Shown here piece by piece: positions 26,648 to 36,350 of a DNA stretch of 64,000 nt. The stretch comes from Patescibacteria group bacterium (lineage in GTDB: Archaea; Nanobdellota; Nanobdellia; Pacearchaeales; GW2011-AR1). Within the stretch, counting starts at the first letter, position 1; the number at the start of each line of letters is the position of its first letter. The stretch is from NCBI GenBank assembly GCA_019428815.1, contig JAHYJW010000002.1:81186-145185 (forward strand), given 5' to 3'. The translations under genes and the position numbers were made by a program. The notes under the pieces are model-generated. The model made no database searches, was not told the origin of the DNA, and was given only the letters and a program-made list of their open reading frames with translations.

Positions 26648-28084
26648 ATGAGTTTTTTAGTTTATGATTTAATATTTCTTGGGTTTTTCTTAACAGTCTC
26701 TATAATTTTTCTTTATAAAAAAAAGAAGAATATCAAAAAAGATGGACTTTTTTATCTTTATAGAGCTAATTGGGGAATAAATCTCATTAATCGTATCGGC
26801 AAAAAGTATCAAAAAACCATGAAGGTTCTGAGTTATGCATGTATAACCTGTGGTTATATGTTAATGATAGGGATGTTTTATCTTGTTTATACTCTTGTTA
26901 AACTTTACATTTTTATGCCTGATGCAGTTAAGGCAATAAAGGTCCCTCCAATAACACCTTTAGTTCCATATCTCCCTCAGATATTCAATCTTGAATTCCT
27001 CCCCCCTTTTTATTTTACTTATTGGATATTAATTTTAGCTGTGATTGCAATAACGCATGAAATGGCTCACGGGATATTAGCGGCTTATAATGATGTAAGA
27101 ATCAAAAAAACTGGTTTTGGTTTCTTTCCTTTTTTCTTACCTATATTCTTAGCAGCTTTTGTTGAGCTTGATGAAAAGATTATGCAAAAAAAGAAAAACT
27201 TTTCGCAAAGAGCTATATTGAGTGCGGGAACTTTTGCTAATGTTTTAACCGCAATTTTATTTGGTGCAATTTTATTAATCTTTTCTGCTATGGCTTTCGT
27301 CCCTTCTGGTGTTATCTTTGATAATTATGCTATGTCTTTTATTACAATCGGGGGAATTAGTTCTGTTAATGGAATTGCTTTGAATAATCCCACTTATGAT
27401 TCGGTTTTAGACAACCTTGAGGAAGATCTTAACGTTCTTGTCTTTGATGAAAAAGAGTACCTTATCACAAGAAAGATGTTTGAAGAACAAAATGAAGAGG
27501 GAGAAGAAGAAATACTTGCATATGTTTCTGCTCCTGCAATTAAAGCGAATCTTAGTAGCATCATAACAGAGATTAATGATGTGCCTATTTACGGTTGGGA
27601 TAGCTTAACAAAAGAACTTTTAAAATATAGCCCTGGAGATAAAATAACAATCACAACTCTTTTCCAAGGAGGTGTTAAAACAACAGAAATAGAATTGGGA
27701 GAACACCCAAATCCTGAGCTTGGTGGAAGAGCTTGGTTAGGAATAACAGTACCTCAAGCTTATTCTGGTAATAATATCTTAATGAAACTGATGAATCCGC
27801 TTTCACTTACAGAATCAGGAGTGTATCATGAGTCTAAACTTGGGGATTTAGGATTTTTTATATATCACTTATTCTGGTGGGTTTTCTTAATTAGTATCAG
27901 TGTTGCTTTGATAAACATGCTTCCTATGGGAGTCTTTGATGGGGGAAGATTCTTTTATCTGACTGTTCTTTCAATAACTAAAAATGAAAAACTTTCCAAA
28001 AAGATGTTCTCATTTTCAACTAAGTTTTTCTTGTTGATAGCCTTGTTATTAATTATACTTTGGGGAGTTTCATTCTTTAGATAA
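26648..28084 (+). CDS. Site-2 protease family (M50) intramembrane metalloprotease with PDZ-like insert
   Basis: HEMAHG zinc motif in a TM helix and the NMLPMGVFDGGRFFY motif near the C-terminus. Confidence 0.8.
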   Translation: MSFLVYDLIFLGFFLTVSIIFLYKKKKNIKKDGLFYLYRANWGINLINRIGKKYQKTMKVLSYACITCGYMLMIGMFYLVYTLVKLYIFMPDAVKAIKVPPITPLVPYLPQIFNLEFLPPFYFTYWILILAVIAITHEMAHGILAAYNDVRIKKTGFGFFPFFLPIFLAAFVELDEKIMQKKKNFSQRAILSAGTFANVLTAILFGAILLIFSAMAFVPSGVIFDNYAMSFITIGGISSVNGIALNNPTYDSVLDNLEEDLNVLVFDEKEYLITRKMFEEQNEEGEEEILAYVSAPAIKANLSSIITEINDVPIYGWDSLTKELLKYSPGDKITITTLFQGGVKTTEIELGEHPNPELGGRAWLGITVPQAYSGNNILMKLMNPLSLTESGVYHESKLGDLGFFIYHLFWWVFLISISVALINMLPMGVFDGGRFFYLTVLSITKNEKLSKKMFSFSTKFFLLIALLLIILWGVSFFR

Positions 28085-28183
28085 TCCTATTTTATTAATT
28101 CTAAAGACTTATTCAAATTGTACTTTTATTTAGATTTAAAAAAAATTTTTAAAAAAGTTTTTTATGAAGAGTTTTTATTAGGA

Positions 28184-28534
28184 TTATAAATCAACAATTC
28201 CTTCTCTAGTTAAAGCTGCAAATCTTACGCCCACAGGCATATTAATCAAAGCAGAAATCAAGGCCATATGTTCTTTTCCATCTCCAGAAGCAATACTCAA
28301 TGCAACTTCTAATTCTTCTAACTTCCCTTTAAGTTTTTTAGAGAATTCTTCTTTTAGATCTACAAGTTTTTTATTTAAGTCAACTTTAATAAATTCAAAG
28401 GGTTTTTCATGTGTGAAATTTTTAGCAAAATCATCTCCAAGGATTATAACTTTATCCCAATTACCATGTTTGATAAGTCCAGCAACTTGAGCCCAGGTTC
28501 CTTTACCAGAGGATAATAATGCAACGAGTTCCAT
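28184..28534 (-). CDS. Hypothetical protein (117 aa)
   Basis: Start placed at MELVALLSSGKGTW. The longer ORF, open to 28630, would invade the L1 promoter region. No recognisable motif. Confidence 0.5.
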   Translation of the reverse strand: MELVALLSSGKGTWAQVAGLIKHGNWDKVIILGDDFAKNFTHEKPFEFIKVDLNKKLVDLKEEFSKKLKGKLEELEVALSIASGDGKEHMALISALINMPVGVRFAALTREGIVDL

Positions 28535-28680
28535 CTCTAAAAAAAAATGAGGTGATTTATAAGCATTGTTGTGGTAAGATTTATAAAGCACATTTATTTG
28601 TGAAAAATACCGATTGAACCATATCGCCAATATTTTAAGAGAATTATTCTAGGATACTGGCGCATAATGTGGGAGGTAAA

Positions 28681-29319
28681 ATGGAAATTGAAGAAAAAAT
28701 AAAACTAGCTTTAATAGAACTTAGAAAAGAAAAGAAAAGAAAATTTGAACAAACATTAGATTTAGTGATAAACCTCCAAAAGTTTGATGCTAAAAGAAAC
28801 CAGATAAATATCTTTGTGGAGGTTCCACATAAAATTAAAGATAAGAAAATCTGTGCTTTTCTTGAAGAAAAAAATAGTGCGGTAGAGACGATAACCCCTG
28901 ACAAATTTAAAAAATATTCTGATAAGAATGCATTAAAAGGATTAGTAAAAAATTATGATTTTTTTATTGCACAAGCAAGTTTAATGCCAAAAGTTGCAAC
29001 AACGTTTGGAAGAGTTTTAGGACCTGCAGGTAAAATGCCCTCTCCTCAAAAAGGAATTCTTATGAAAGTTGATGAAAAAGAAATAGAGAACCTGAAAAAA
29101 AAGATTGAGAGTAGTGTGAGAATTAGAGTTAAAGAACCAAGTGTAAAGTTAGCTATTGGAAAAGAAAATATGAAAGATGAAGCTCTAATTGAAAACATTC
29201 TTTCTGTTTATGAATCACTTCTAAAAGAACTTACAAAGGGTAAAGAAAACATAAAGAATCTAGAATTAAAATTCACTATGACTAAACCTCAAAAGATTAA
29301 TCCAAGGGAAAATGACTAA
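28681..29319 (+). CDS. rpl1: 50S ribosomal protein L1 (uL1)
   Basis: MEIEEKIKLALIELRKEKKRKFEQTLDLVINL. GGAGGT lies 5 nt upstream of this ATG. Confidence 0.9.
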   Translation: MEIEEKIKLALIELRKEKKRKFEQTLDLVINLQKFDAKRNQINIFVEVPHKIKDKKICAFLEEKNSAVETITPDKFKKYSDKNALKGLVKNYDFFIAQASLMPKVATTFGRVLGPAGKMPSPQKGILMKVDEKEIENLKKKIESSVRIRVKEPSVKLAIGKENMKDEALIENILSVYESLLKELTKGKENIKNLELKFTMTKPQKINPREND

Positions 29320-30157
29320 TAAAAAGCATAAAATTCCAGAAAAGAAAGTAAAGGCTGTTTCAGAATTAGAGAAATTAATAAAAGAAAAAAGAACTCTTCT
29401 TATAGCTTCTATAAAAAGTATTCCTGCATCACAGTATCAAGAAATTGTAAAAAAATTTAGGAGGAAAGCTATTGTTAAGGTGCCTAAAAAAAGTGTAACT
29501 TTTAGGGCTATTGAAAATTCTGGAGAAGAGATTATAAAAAAACTTGAAGGGTACATAAAGGAAAGCTCTGCACTTTTATTCTCTGATTTAGATGCTTTTG
29601 ATCTTGCAGGAGAATTGCTCAGTAAAAAAACTCCCGCAAAGGCAAAAACTGGTCAAGTAGCACTTGAAGATTTAGAAATTCAGGCAGGACCCACAGATCT
29701 TGTTCCAGGCCCTGCAATAAGTGAACTAGGTGCACTAGGAATCCAGATTCAGATTGAAAAAGGAAAGATACACATAAAAGAACCAAAGATAATTGTAAAA
29801 AAAGGAGAAAAAATTTCAAGGGCGAGTGCTGATATCATGAGTAAGCTAGATATGAAACCCTTTTCAATTGGATTTATACCTCTTGCAGCTATTGATACAA
29901 AGGAAAAGAAAATTTATGTTGATATTAGAATTAATAAGGAAGAAAGTATTAAAAGTTTAAAAGAAGCTTTCTCAAAGGCATTGCCTTTTGCGGTAGAAAT
30001 TGGATATCCTACAAAGGAGACTATAACTTTTATGATTAGTGAAGCAAGTATTTCTAAAAAAGCATTAGAAAGGTTTGTTGAATCTAAGGCTTCTGAAAAA
30101 AAGGATATTGACTCAAAAAATGAATTAAACAATCAAGAAAATTCCAAGGAGGTTTAA
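29312..30157 (+). CDS. rpl10: 50S ribosomal protein L10 (uL10 / P0)
   Basis: Position between L1 and L12, with an N-terminal uL10 domain ([34 protein letters not shown]). The C-terminus lacks the usual P-protein tail. Confidence 0.85.
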   Translation: MTNKKHKIPEKKVKAVSELEKLIKEKRTLLIASIKSIPASQYQEIVKKFRRKAIVKVPKKSVTFRAIENSGEEIIKKLEGYIKESSALLFSDLDAFDLAGELLSKKTPAKAKTGQVALEDLEIQAGPTDLVPGPAISELGALGIQIQIEKGKIHIKEPKIIVKKGEKISRASADIMSKLDMKPFSIGFIPLAAIDTKEKKIYVDIRINKEESIKSLKEAFSKALPFAVEIGYPTKETITFMISEASISKKALERFVESKASEKKDIDSKNELNNQENSKEV

Positions 30158-30158
30158 A

Positions 30159-30461
30159 ATGGATTATATCTATGCAGCTTTGTTACTACACAAGTTAGGT
30201 AAGGAAGTTAATGAAGGAAATCTTAAGAAAGTTTTAGTTGCTGCTGGCACAGAGATTGGTTCTGAAGAAGAATCAAGAATAAAGTCTCTAGTTGCAAGCT
30301 TGAAGGGTGTTGATATAGAAAAAGAACTTGAAAATGCAAGTCTTATTTCTGCCGCACCATCTGTGAGTGGAACAGCCCCAGCAGAAGAAAAGAAAGAAGA
30401 AAAGCCAAAAGAAGAAAAGAAAGTTGCAGCAGCAGAAGGACTTAGTGCGCTCTTCGGATAA
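30159..30461 (+). CDS. rpl12: 50S ribosomal stalk protein L12 (P1)
   Basis: [26 protein letters not shown]...[22 protein letters not shown] upstream. Confidence 0.9.
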   Translation: MDYIYAALLLHKLGKEVNEGNLKKVLVAAGTEIGSEEESRIKSLVASLKGVDIEKELENASLISAAPSVSGTAPAEEKKEEKPKEEKKVAAAEGLSALFG

Positions 30462-30598
30462 TTAATTTTGAATTTTTATATCTGAAGAGCTTTTTCTTAC
30501 CTTGGGTTAGGAATTAGAAAAATAATTTAAAAGATTTCTTAAATCTCTTAAGGGATAATTTTATAATTTTGATTTTGTTTTTAGGGGATACTCTTTTC

Positions 30599-30671
30599 GC
30601 CTTCGTAGCTCAGTTGGAAGAGCGCCACTCTCGTAAAGTGGAGGTCCCGGGTTCAACTCCCGGCGAAGGCT
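30599..30671 (+). tRNA. tRNA-Thr (anticodon CGU)
   Basis: Cloverleaf GCCTTCG-TA-GCTC-AGTTGGAA-GAGC-G-CCACT-CTCGTAA-AGTGG-AGGTC-CCGGG-TTCAACT-CCCGG-CGAAGGC-T. Confidence 0.9.
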
Positions 30672-30778
30672 TAAGAGAATATCCAAAAGTATTAGATAAT
30701 GAAAGAATTTTAAGAAATGTTTTTAATTCAAATAAAGAGTATACAAAACTTTATTAATGTATTTTTCTCGCCTGAAAA

Positions 30779-30997
30779 ATGCCAAAAAATGATACAGAAA
30801 AGCATGAAGTCTTAGAAGCATACCAACAATCGATTGAGAAGGGAATTTATTCTCTCTCTGTTGAAACAGACAAAGTAAAATTTAACGGTCTTGAAAGCCG
30901 GACAGGAATGAACTATAAACCAGGGGTATTCTGTAAAAAGTATGTATTTCTCGAGGGAGTAAACAATAGAAGGGGGGGAAATTGCAGAATCAAGTAG
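30779..30997 (+). CDS. Hypothetical small protein (72 aa)
   Basis: ORF only, no recognisable motif. Lies between two tRNA genes. Confidence 0.35.
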   Translation: MPKNDTEKHEVLEAYQQSIEKGIYSLSVETDKVKFNGLESRTGMNYKPGVFCKKYVFLEGVNNRRGGNCRIK

Positions 30998-30998
30998 G

Positions 30999-31202
30999 AT
31001 GGTTCTTGAAGGGAGAATTCCATTATACGAATCTAGCCGAGAAATAACTTTTGATGAAGGATTTGTTTTGGGAAAATCTCATGACGATTTTGTTAGTGAA
31101 GTAGAACAAAGCCCAGAATGGGATTTTCAAAAGGTTCGAGGTAAAATTACTATCGTGGCTAACAAAACGAGAAAAAGATTATTAAAAAATAATAACTATT
31201 AA
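30999..31202 (+). CDS. Hypothetical small protein (67 aa)
   Basis: ORF only. It starts 1 nt after the previous stop, in a different frame. Confidence 0.35.
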   Translation: MVLEGRIPLYESSREITFDEGFVLGKSHDDFVSEVEQSPEWDFQKVRGKITIVANKTRKRLLKNNNY

Positions 31203-31402
31203 TCTTTAAAAATTTTTAATTTTCTGTTTAGTTAGATATTTGGAAAAATTCTAGGATTAAACTAATCTAAAGGGGCATTAATTTTTCTTTAAATTTGGCT
31301 CCTTTTTATTTTTTAGATTTTCACTATAAGTTTATAGTAGAGGGTATTACCACAAGTTAAAAGGATTTTTTATTAAGATTATTAAGATATCTTTAAGGTA
31401 TA

Positions 31403-32104
31403 CTAATGCGTGTAATCAATATAATTTTCAATTCTTGTTCCAAAACTAGTGCCTTTAGGTGTATGAGAAATTAAACCTCTTGAGGTTATTTTTCCATTGA
31501 TTAATGTCTTCCCTCCCTTATTAACGCGGTTCAGTCCCAAAAGAAGACTTTTAGCTTTCATGTCTCCTACAGATGAATTGTCATTAACCTCATTGTCTCC
31601 CACTATAATACCCCCAGCATTCATGTCTCCTACAATAGAGTTATCTTTAACATTGTTTAATCCAAAAAAAAGACTTTTAGCTTTCATATCCCCTACAGAT
31701 GAATAATTTTTAACATCATTTGATCCCATGATAAGAGCCTGAGAATTCATATTTCTTACAAAAGACTGATCCCCACTAGTATTACCCCCAAAAATAAGGC
31801 CATATGCGTTAACATTTCCTGTTGAGGAATTACTTTCGATGTAATTCTCCCCCATGATACTAAAGTTGGTTATGCTTACATCAGATTCTCCAGTTATTTT
31901 AGTAAAGGGAAAAAATCCCCAAACATACTGATCTTTTTGAGGACTATTTATCTCCATTGTTCCTGCTGGTAAAAAATGAACATTATCTTTTATACTTGTG
32001 AATAATGTCAAACCGACTAACCCACCTAAAAGAATAGTATTTCTTATTGGTTTTCTAATATAAGAATCTTTTATTTTTGTCAATAAATTTTTTGTTTTTT
32101 TCAT
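31403..32104 (-). CDS. Membrane-anchored protein with about six tandem 21-residue repeats (predicted beta-solenoid)
   Basis: Start moved to MKKTKNLL, because the longer ORF overlaps tRNA-Ser. TM segment ILLGGLVGLTLF. Repeats include GDMKAKSLFFGLNNVKDNSIV, GDMNAGGIIVGDNEVNDNSSV and GDMKAKSLLLGLNRVNKGGKT. Confidence 0.6.
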   Translation of the reverse strand: MKKTKNLLTKIKDSYIRKPIRNTILLGGLVGLTLFTSIKDNVHFLPAGTMEINSPQKDQYVWGFFPFTKITGESDVSITNFSIMGENYIESNSSTGNVNAYGLIFGGNTSGDQSFVRNMNSQALIMGSNDVKNYSSVGDMKAKSLFFGLNNVKDNSIVGDMNAGGIIVGDNEVNDNSSVGDMKAKSLLLGLNRVNKGGKTLINGKITSRGLISHTPKGTSFGTRIENYIDYTH

Positions 32105-32167
32105 AAAAATCTTATGAGGGAGATATTTATAAACCTTTCTATATGTTACTCCCTGAAAGTTAAGAAA

Positions 32168-32249
32168 CGCCGTCACCAGGAATCGAACCTGGATGCCCGT
32201 AAGGGCCCTGGGCTCAAACCAGGTGGAATACCATTCTCCGCATGACGGC
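32168..32249 (-). tRNA. tRNA-Ser (anticodon UGA)
   Basis: Reverse complement folds as GCCGTCA...CCTGG-TTTGAGC-CCAGG, with a long variable arm GCCC-TTAC-GGGC, T arm CCAGG-TTCGATT-CCTGG, acceptor TGACGGC and discriminator G. Confidence 0.85.
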
Positions 32250-32335
32250 ATAGATTAAACATAAATTAATATGTTTTAAAGATTGCGATATAAGAAAAAA
32301 GGGTATGAAAAAAGAGATTTTTTAGTTAGTAGAAT

Positions 32336-32602
32336 TTATTTCTTGAAAATTTTCTTCCACCAAGGGTTTTTGATAATTATGGGATTATCGTTTTCATCAA
32401 AGATCTCATATTTGATAACTGGTTTTTCTTTAAGAATCGGGGCATTTCTTGCTAACTCTTTATTTAATTCAGAAATAGCTCTTTCAATAGAAGGTTTTGA
32501 ATATCCTTGTCCTACCAAAGCCCACTTTAATGATTCTAGGGTATAACCCTTTTTTATATTCTTTTTTAAGTATTCTAAGATATTTTTTCGGTAACTTTCC
32601 AT
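32336..32602 (-). CDS. Hypothetical small protein (88 aa)
   Basis: Protein-like composition (MESYRKNILEYLKKNIKKGYTLESLKWALVGQGYSKPSIERAISEL). Preferred over the antisense ORF 32283..32546. Confidence 0.5.
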   Translation of the reverse strand: MESYRKNILEYLKKNIKKGYTLESLKWALVGQGYSKPSIERAISELNKELARNAPILKEKPVIKYEIFDENDNPIIIKNPWWKKIFKK

Positions 32603-32681
32603 AAAAAAAAGAACATTTAGAAGTTTAAAAAGATAGTTATGATATCTTAGTTTATTTTTTAAAAAAATTAAATTAAGGATA

Positions 32682-34166
32682 TTATTTTAGTAAGATAGGT
32701 TTTGTTTTTTTGTAATAATCTATAGCAGATTCTAATCTTGAACTTGATTGAGTATAAATAGTAATAATCTTTTGTCCCTTTTTTATTTTATCCCCCTGAT
32801 GGATATGTAAATAAATTCCTGAGGACTTATCTACTGGGCATCCCGCAGTTCTTGCTAAAGAGTTTATTTTCTTATTATCTATCTCTTCAACTGTGCAAGC
32901 CTTTCCCGCAAATATATCTTTTTTAAATTTAGAGATTCTTAATCTCCTTAACTCCCCTCTTTGAGCTTTGATTATTTGTTTAAATTTTTCAAAGGCTTTT
33001 CCAGAATTAAGGATTTCTTCTGCTAATTTTTTACCTTGACCTTTTTTTGATCTTTTAGTCATTTCAAAAATTTCTCCTGCTAAAAAAATTGCTTTTTTTC
33101 TTAGATCTTCTGGGCCAACTTCTTTAGGATCGAGAATTTTGATAATGTCTCTTAATTCTAAAACTGGACCAATTCCAGCTCCTATTGGTTGGCTCCCGTC
33201 AGTTAAAACACATCGGATATTTTTCTTAAAGTATTTTCCCAAATAGTTAAATTTCTTTTTTAGTTTTACAGCTCTTTTTTTGTCTACTTTTGCACCTTTT
33301 CCATAAGGGATATCAATAAGGATATAATTACTTCCAGCAGCAAGTTTTTTAGACATTATTGAAGCGATTAACATTGGCTCTGGATCTATTTTTAAAGATT
33401 TTTCAATACGGATTATCTTTTGATCTGCTGGAGCTATACCTAAACCTCCCCCCCAGATTAAACAGGCGTCAGTCTCTTTAATGATCTTCTTTACTTCTTC
33501 TAAAGAGAATTCAACATCGGCGATAGCTTCTATGACATCTGCTGTTCCTGCAGCGCTTGTTATGGCTCGGGAAGAATTCTTAGGCATTACAAAACCTCCT
33601 GCAGCAGCGCAAATTGAAACCACCAAGGGGGTAGTTCTATTTCCAGGAATCCCTCCGATGGAATGTTTATCGACGATGAACTTATTCTTTAAATCTAATC
33701 TTTCCCCAGTTTTTAAAATCGCCTTTATCAGATAAATAGTTTCTTTCATGTTCATTCCATTTTTATCTATTGAAGAAATAAAAAGTGCAATTTCAGATTC
33801 AGATAAAGAGTTACTTACAACATCTGAGATTATTGCATCGACTTCTTTTTCAGTTAACCTTTTTCCGCTTCTCTTCTTGTTTATATAGTCCACACTTATT
33901 GGAGGACTTAACATATTAACCTCTACTTTTTTACCAACCTTCAAACCAAGTTTCTTTCTTAATTCATATGAAATTGCAATTTCTGAAGGTCTTACAATAT
34001 CTTTAACGACATCTATAGTTGTAGAAATTTCTTTTGCATCTTTTGAGAGAGCTTTTAAAGTTATCATATCCCTAGAATGAACCCCTATTTTCTTCGCAGT
34101 TTTATAATGTAACATTGCAATAGGAAGGCCTTTTGACCAGTTTAGATTTTTTATTTTTAATTCCAT
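32682..34166 (-). CDS. deoA: AMP phosphorylase (archaeal thymidine phosphorylase family, DeoA-like)
   Basis: 494 aa with the archaeal-type N-terminal extension and DKHSIGGIPGNRTTPLVVSICAAAG...SSRAITSAAGTADVIE. Confidence 0.8.
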   Translation of the reverse strand: MELKIKNLNWSKGLPIAMLHYKTAKKIGVHSRDMITLKALSKDAKEISTTIDVVKDIVRPSEIAISYELRKKLGLKVGKKVEVNMLSPPISVDYINKKRSGKRLTEKEVDAIISDVVSNSLSESEIALFISSIDKNGMNMKETIYLIKAILKTGERLDLKNKFIVDKHSIGGIPGNRTTPLVVSICAAAGGFVMPKNSSRAITSAAGTADVIEAIADVEFSLEEVKKIIKETDACLIWGGGLGIAPADQKIIRIEKSLKIDPEPMLIASIMSKKLAAGSNYILIDIPYGKGAKVDKKRAVKLKKKFNYLGKYFKKNIRCVLTDGSQPIGAGIGPVLELRDIIKILDPKEVGPEDLRKKAIFLAGEIFEMTKRSKKGQGKKLAEEILNSGKAFEKFKQIIKAQRGELRRLRISKFKKDIFAGKACTVEEIDNKKINSLARTAGCPVDKSSGIYLHIHQGDKIKKGQKIITIYTQSSSRLESAIDYYKKTKPILLK

Positions 34167-34334
34167 TTTTTATTTTAATTTGAAATACTAATGAATCTCA
34201 GTTTTATAAATTCTAAAGAAGAATGTTACTTTTCTAATTAAAGATTCCTCTTTTTATAGTAATATTTTGAAAAAATAGTTTTTATATTTAACTAGTTTTT
34301 ATTTGCTTAAAATTAATGTTGTATCTTCTTAAAA

Positions 34335-35366
34335 TTATTTAAATAACTGAGGTGAACCTTCTTTTCCCCTATAGATATCTAGGAATATCAAAAGATATGA
34401 AATAATCAGGGGTCCGAGAAGTATTCCTAATATACCAAAAAAGAACATTCCTCCAATCATTGAAATGAAAATTACAGCAGGATGTATTTTTGTGGATTTA
34501 GATACAATTGCAGGTTTTAAGTAATTATCAATTGATGAAGCAACATTACCGAAAATTAAAACTCCCCAAAAATCTAGAGAAAATCCTTGTGTAACAAAGA
34601 GGTATATACATAAAGGCACCCAAATAACAAATGGCCCAATTATTGGGATTATCCCTGCAATCATCGCAATAGCAGTTAAAAATAATGCGTTTGGAATTCC
34701 GAAGATAAAAAGGCCAATCCCGAGAATTAAACCTTGGAGTATTCCTACAACAACCTGTCCGTAAAGCAAAGAGCGGGTAATTTCTGAAGAATGTTTGAAT
34801 AATTTATTAATAACATCTTTTGAAAAAGGAAGAATAGTCCTGATATAAGATAAAAGGTTTTCTTTTTCTCTCATAACAAAGAAAAATGTAAATAAAATGA
34901 CCAAAAAATTAAGCAATATTGTTGGAAAATTGAGTATTATTTTTGCAAGTGAATTTACAATATTATTAGCTAGATTAGAAGTAAATGAAGAAAGAATTGA
35001 CCCCACCTCTTCTGCAAATTGACTAGATTCAAACAACTTCGGGGAAATGGATTGTATTGTAGAAACGAAGTCTATTTGGAAAGTTAAACGAAATATTTCA
35101 ATAGCTTCAGAAATTAAAATAGGGGTTAGGAACCATATTGGTAAAGCGATTATCATTATTAAGAGGGCAAGAACAATAATAACCGAGAGAGTTTTACGTT
35201 TTGTTTTTTTGTAGAGCCAATTGTAAATAGGGGCAAATATGAAAACCAAAACTAAGGCCATGAAAATTGATAGAGCTATAGGTTTTATTATAAATACAGA
35301 AAAAATTACTAATGAAACTAGAATCAAGGCAGAAATTGCTTTACCGAGGTAGTTTTTATCGTCCAT
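34335..35366 (-). CDS. AI-2E family (PerM/UPF0118) transporter
   Basis: 343 aa with about 8 TM segments and the family's typical layout (…LLYGQVVVGILQGLILGIGLFIFGIPNALFL…). Confidence 0.65.
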   Translation of the reverse strand: MDDKNYLGKAISALILVSLVIFSVFIIKPIALSIFMALVLVFIFAPIYNWLYKKTKRKTLSVIIVLALLIMIIALPIWFLTPILISEAIEIFRLTFQIDFVSTIQSISPKLFESSQFAEEVGSILSSFTSNLANNIVNSLAKIILNFPTILLNFLVILFTFFFVMREKENLLSYIRTILPFSKDVINKLFKHSSEITRSLLYGQVVVGILQGLILGIGLFIFGIPNALFLTAIAMIAGIIPIIGPFVIWVPLCIYLFVTQGFSLDFWGVLIFGNVASSIDNYLKPAIVSKSTKIHPAVIFISMIGGMFFFGILGILLGPLIISYLLIFLDIYRGKEGSPQLFK

Positions 35367-35496
35367 TTTAGGGAATTAAAGATTAATTTACTTCAATTAT
35401 CTAAGATGAAGGAAATTTATAAAACTTTGTTTAGAAGATATTTAATAAATCAGGGAGTATCGTAAGTTTTATAAGTAAAATGTTGCAACTAAAATT

Positions 35497-36204
35497 ATGA
35501 ATTTTATAAATAAAATTTTAGAGGGGAAAGAAGATCTTTTTTTGCATTTACAATTCCAAAAGTTCAGTAAAGGTGAGTTTCAAAATCGAGCCTTAATAAG
35601 TGCAACTAGGGTCGGGGAAAAATACTCTATTTACACTAGTGCAGAATTCGCGAATGAATTAGTAATCTTTCTTGCAAAAAAATTAGGTTCAAAAAAAACA
35701 AAAGTTACTGGGGCGATTATTTCAACAAATGATCTTAAGGGGCAAATAGAATTCAAAGAAATAAAACAATTTCAAGGCGTAAAAAGATACTTAATCGATA
35801 AAGAAATGTCAGGAACAGAAATCCAAGAACTGATTCTAAAATTTCCAAAAGCATTTTTTGCTTTAAGTTTTTCTTTTGAAGAAACCACCTTAAAAATACA
35901 ACCTAAAGCTCCTAAATCTGGTAAGCCAAAAACAAAAGAATCTGGAGATTCAAAACCAAATTTTTGTAAGATTATTACAAAAGATAAAGAACTTGGAAAA
36001 AGCTTTATTTTTGAAAAGCCAGACTTTAAAAAAGCAAATATAAATCACACTTTTTTAGTTAAAGAAATTGTAATACCCGAAGAATTAAAAAAAACAGAAG
36101 ATTTTGCTAGAATGAGGGAAGAAGCCAAAAGAATGGGAACAATTATAAGAATGGCTGAGATTGATGGCCAAGAGATTAAAAAAGAATTTAAATTTTCAGC
36201 TTAA
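35497..36204 (+). CDS. Hypothetical protein (235 aa)
   Basis: ORF with normal composition and no recognisable motif. A GGGAA...TTCCC hairpin follows the stop. Confidence 0.55.
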   Translation: MNFINKILEGKEDLFLHLQFQKFSKGEFQNRALISATRVGEKYSIYTSAEFANELVIFLAKKLGSKKTKVTGAIISTNDLKGQIEFKEIKQFQGVKRYLIDKEMSGTEIQELILKFPKAFFALSFSFEETTLKIQPKAPKSGKPKTKESGDSKPNFCKIITKDKELGKSFIFEKPDFKKANINHTFLVKEIVIPEELKKTEDFARMREEAKRMGTIIRMAEIDGQEIKKEFKFSA

Positions 36205-36350
36205 AAAGTGGGAATTATTCTTTAAGGACTTCCCGCAACGCTTTTAAACCCTCTTTTTCTTGATATACCACATTCCAGAGCTATGAAAATTATTTTTCCC
36301 ACATTAGGAAAAAACAAATAATAAAATGCTATCCGCTAGATTAATTAGAG

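Noticed and set aside
28535-28904. Upstream extension of the 28184 ORF, and ORF 28644..28904 antisense to L1
   Set aside because: The extension encodes improbable sequence and invades the L1 promoter and SD region. The second ORF is a shadow of rpl1.
30569-30757. 62-aa ORF (TTG start) covering tRNA-Thr
   Set aside because: It is the translation of a tRNA gene (…AQLEERHSRKVEVPGSTPGEG…) and is not coding.
32105-32251. N-terminal 49 codons of the track ORF 31403..32251
   Set aside because: This extension runs through tRNA-Ser (32168..32249). The internal MKKTKNLL start, followed by a TM helix, is the credible start.
32283-32546. 87-aa plus-strand ORF (non-ATG start) overlapping 32336..32602
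   Set aside because: Hydrophobic junk-like sequence. The minus-strand 88-aa ORF has protein-like composition and an ATG start.
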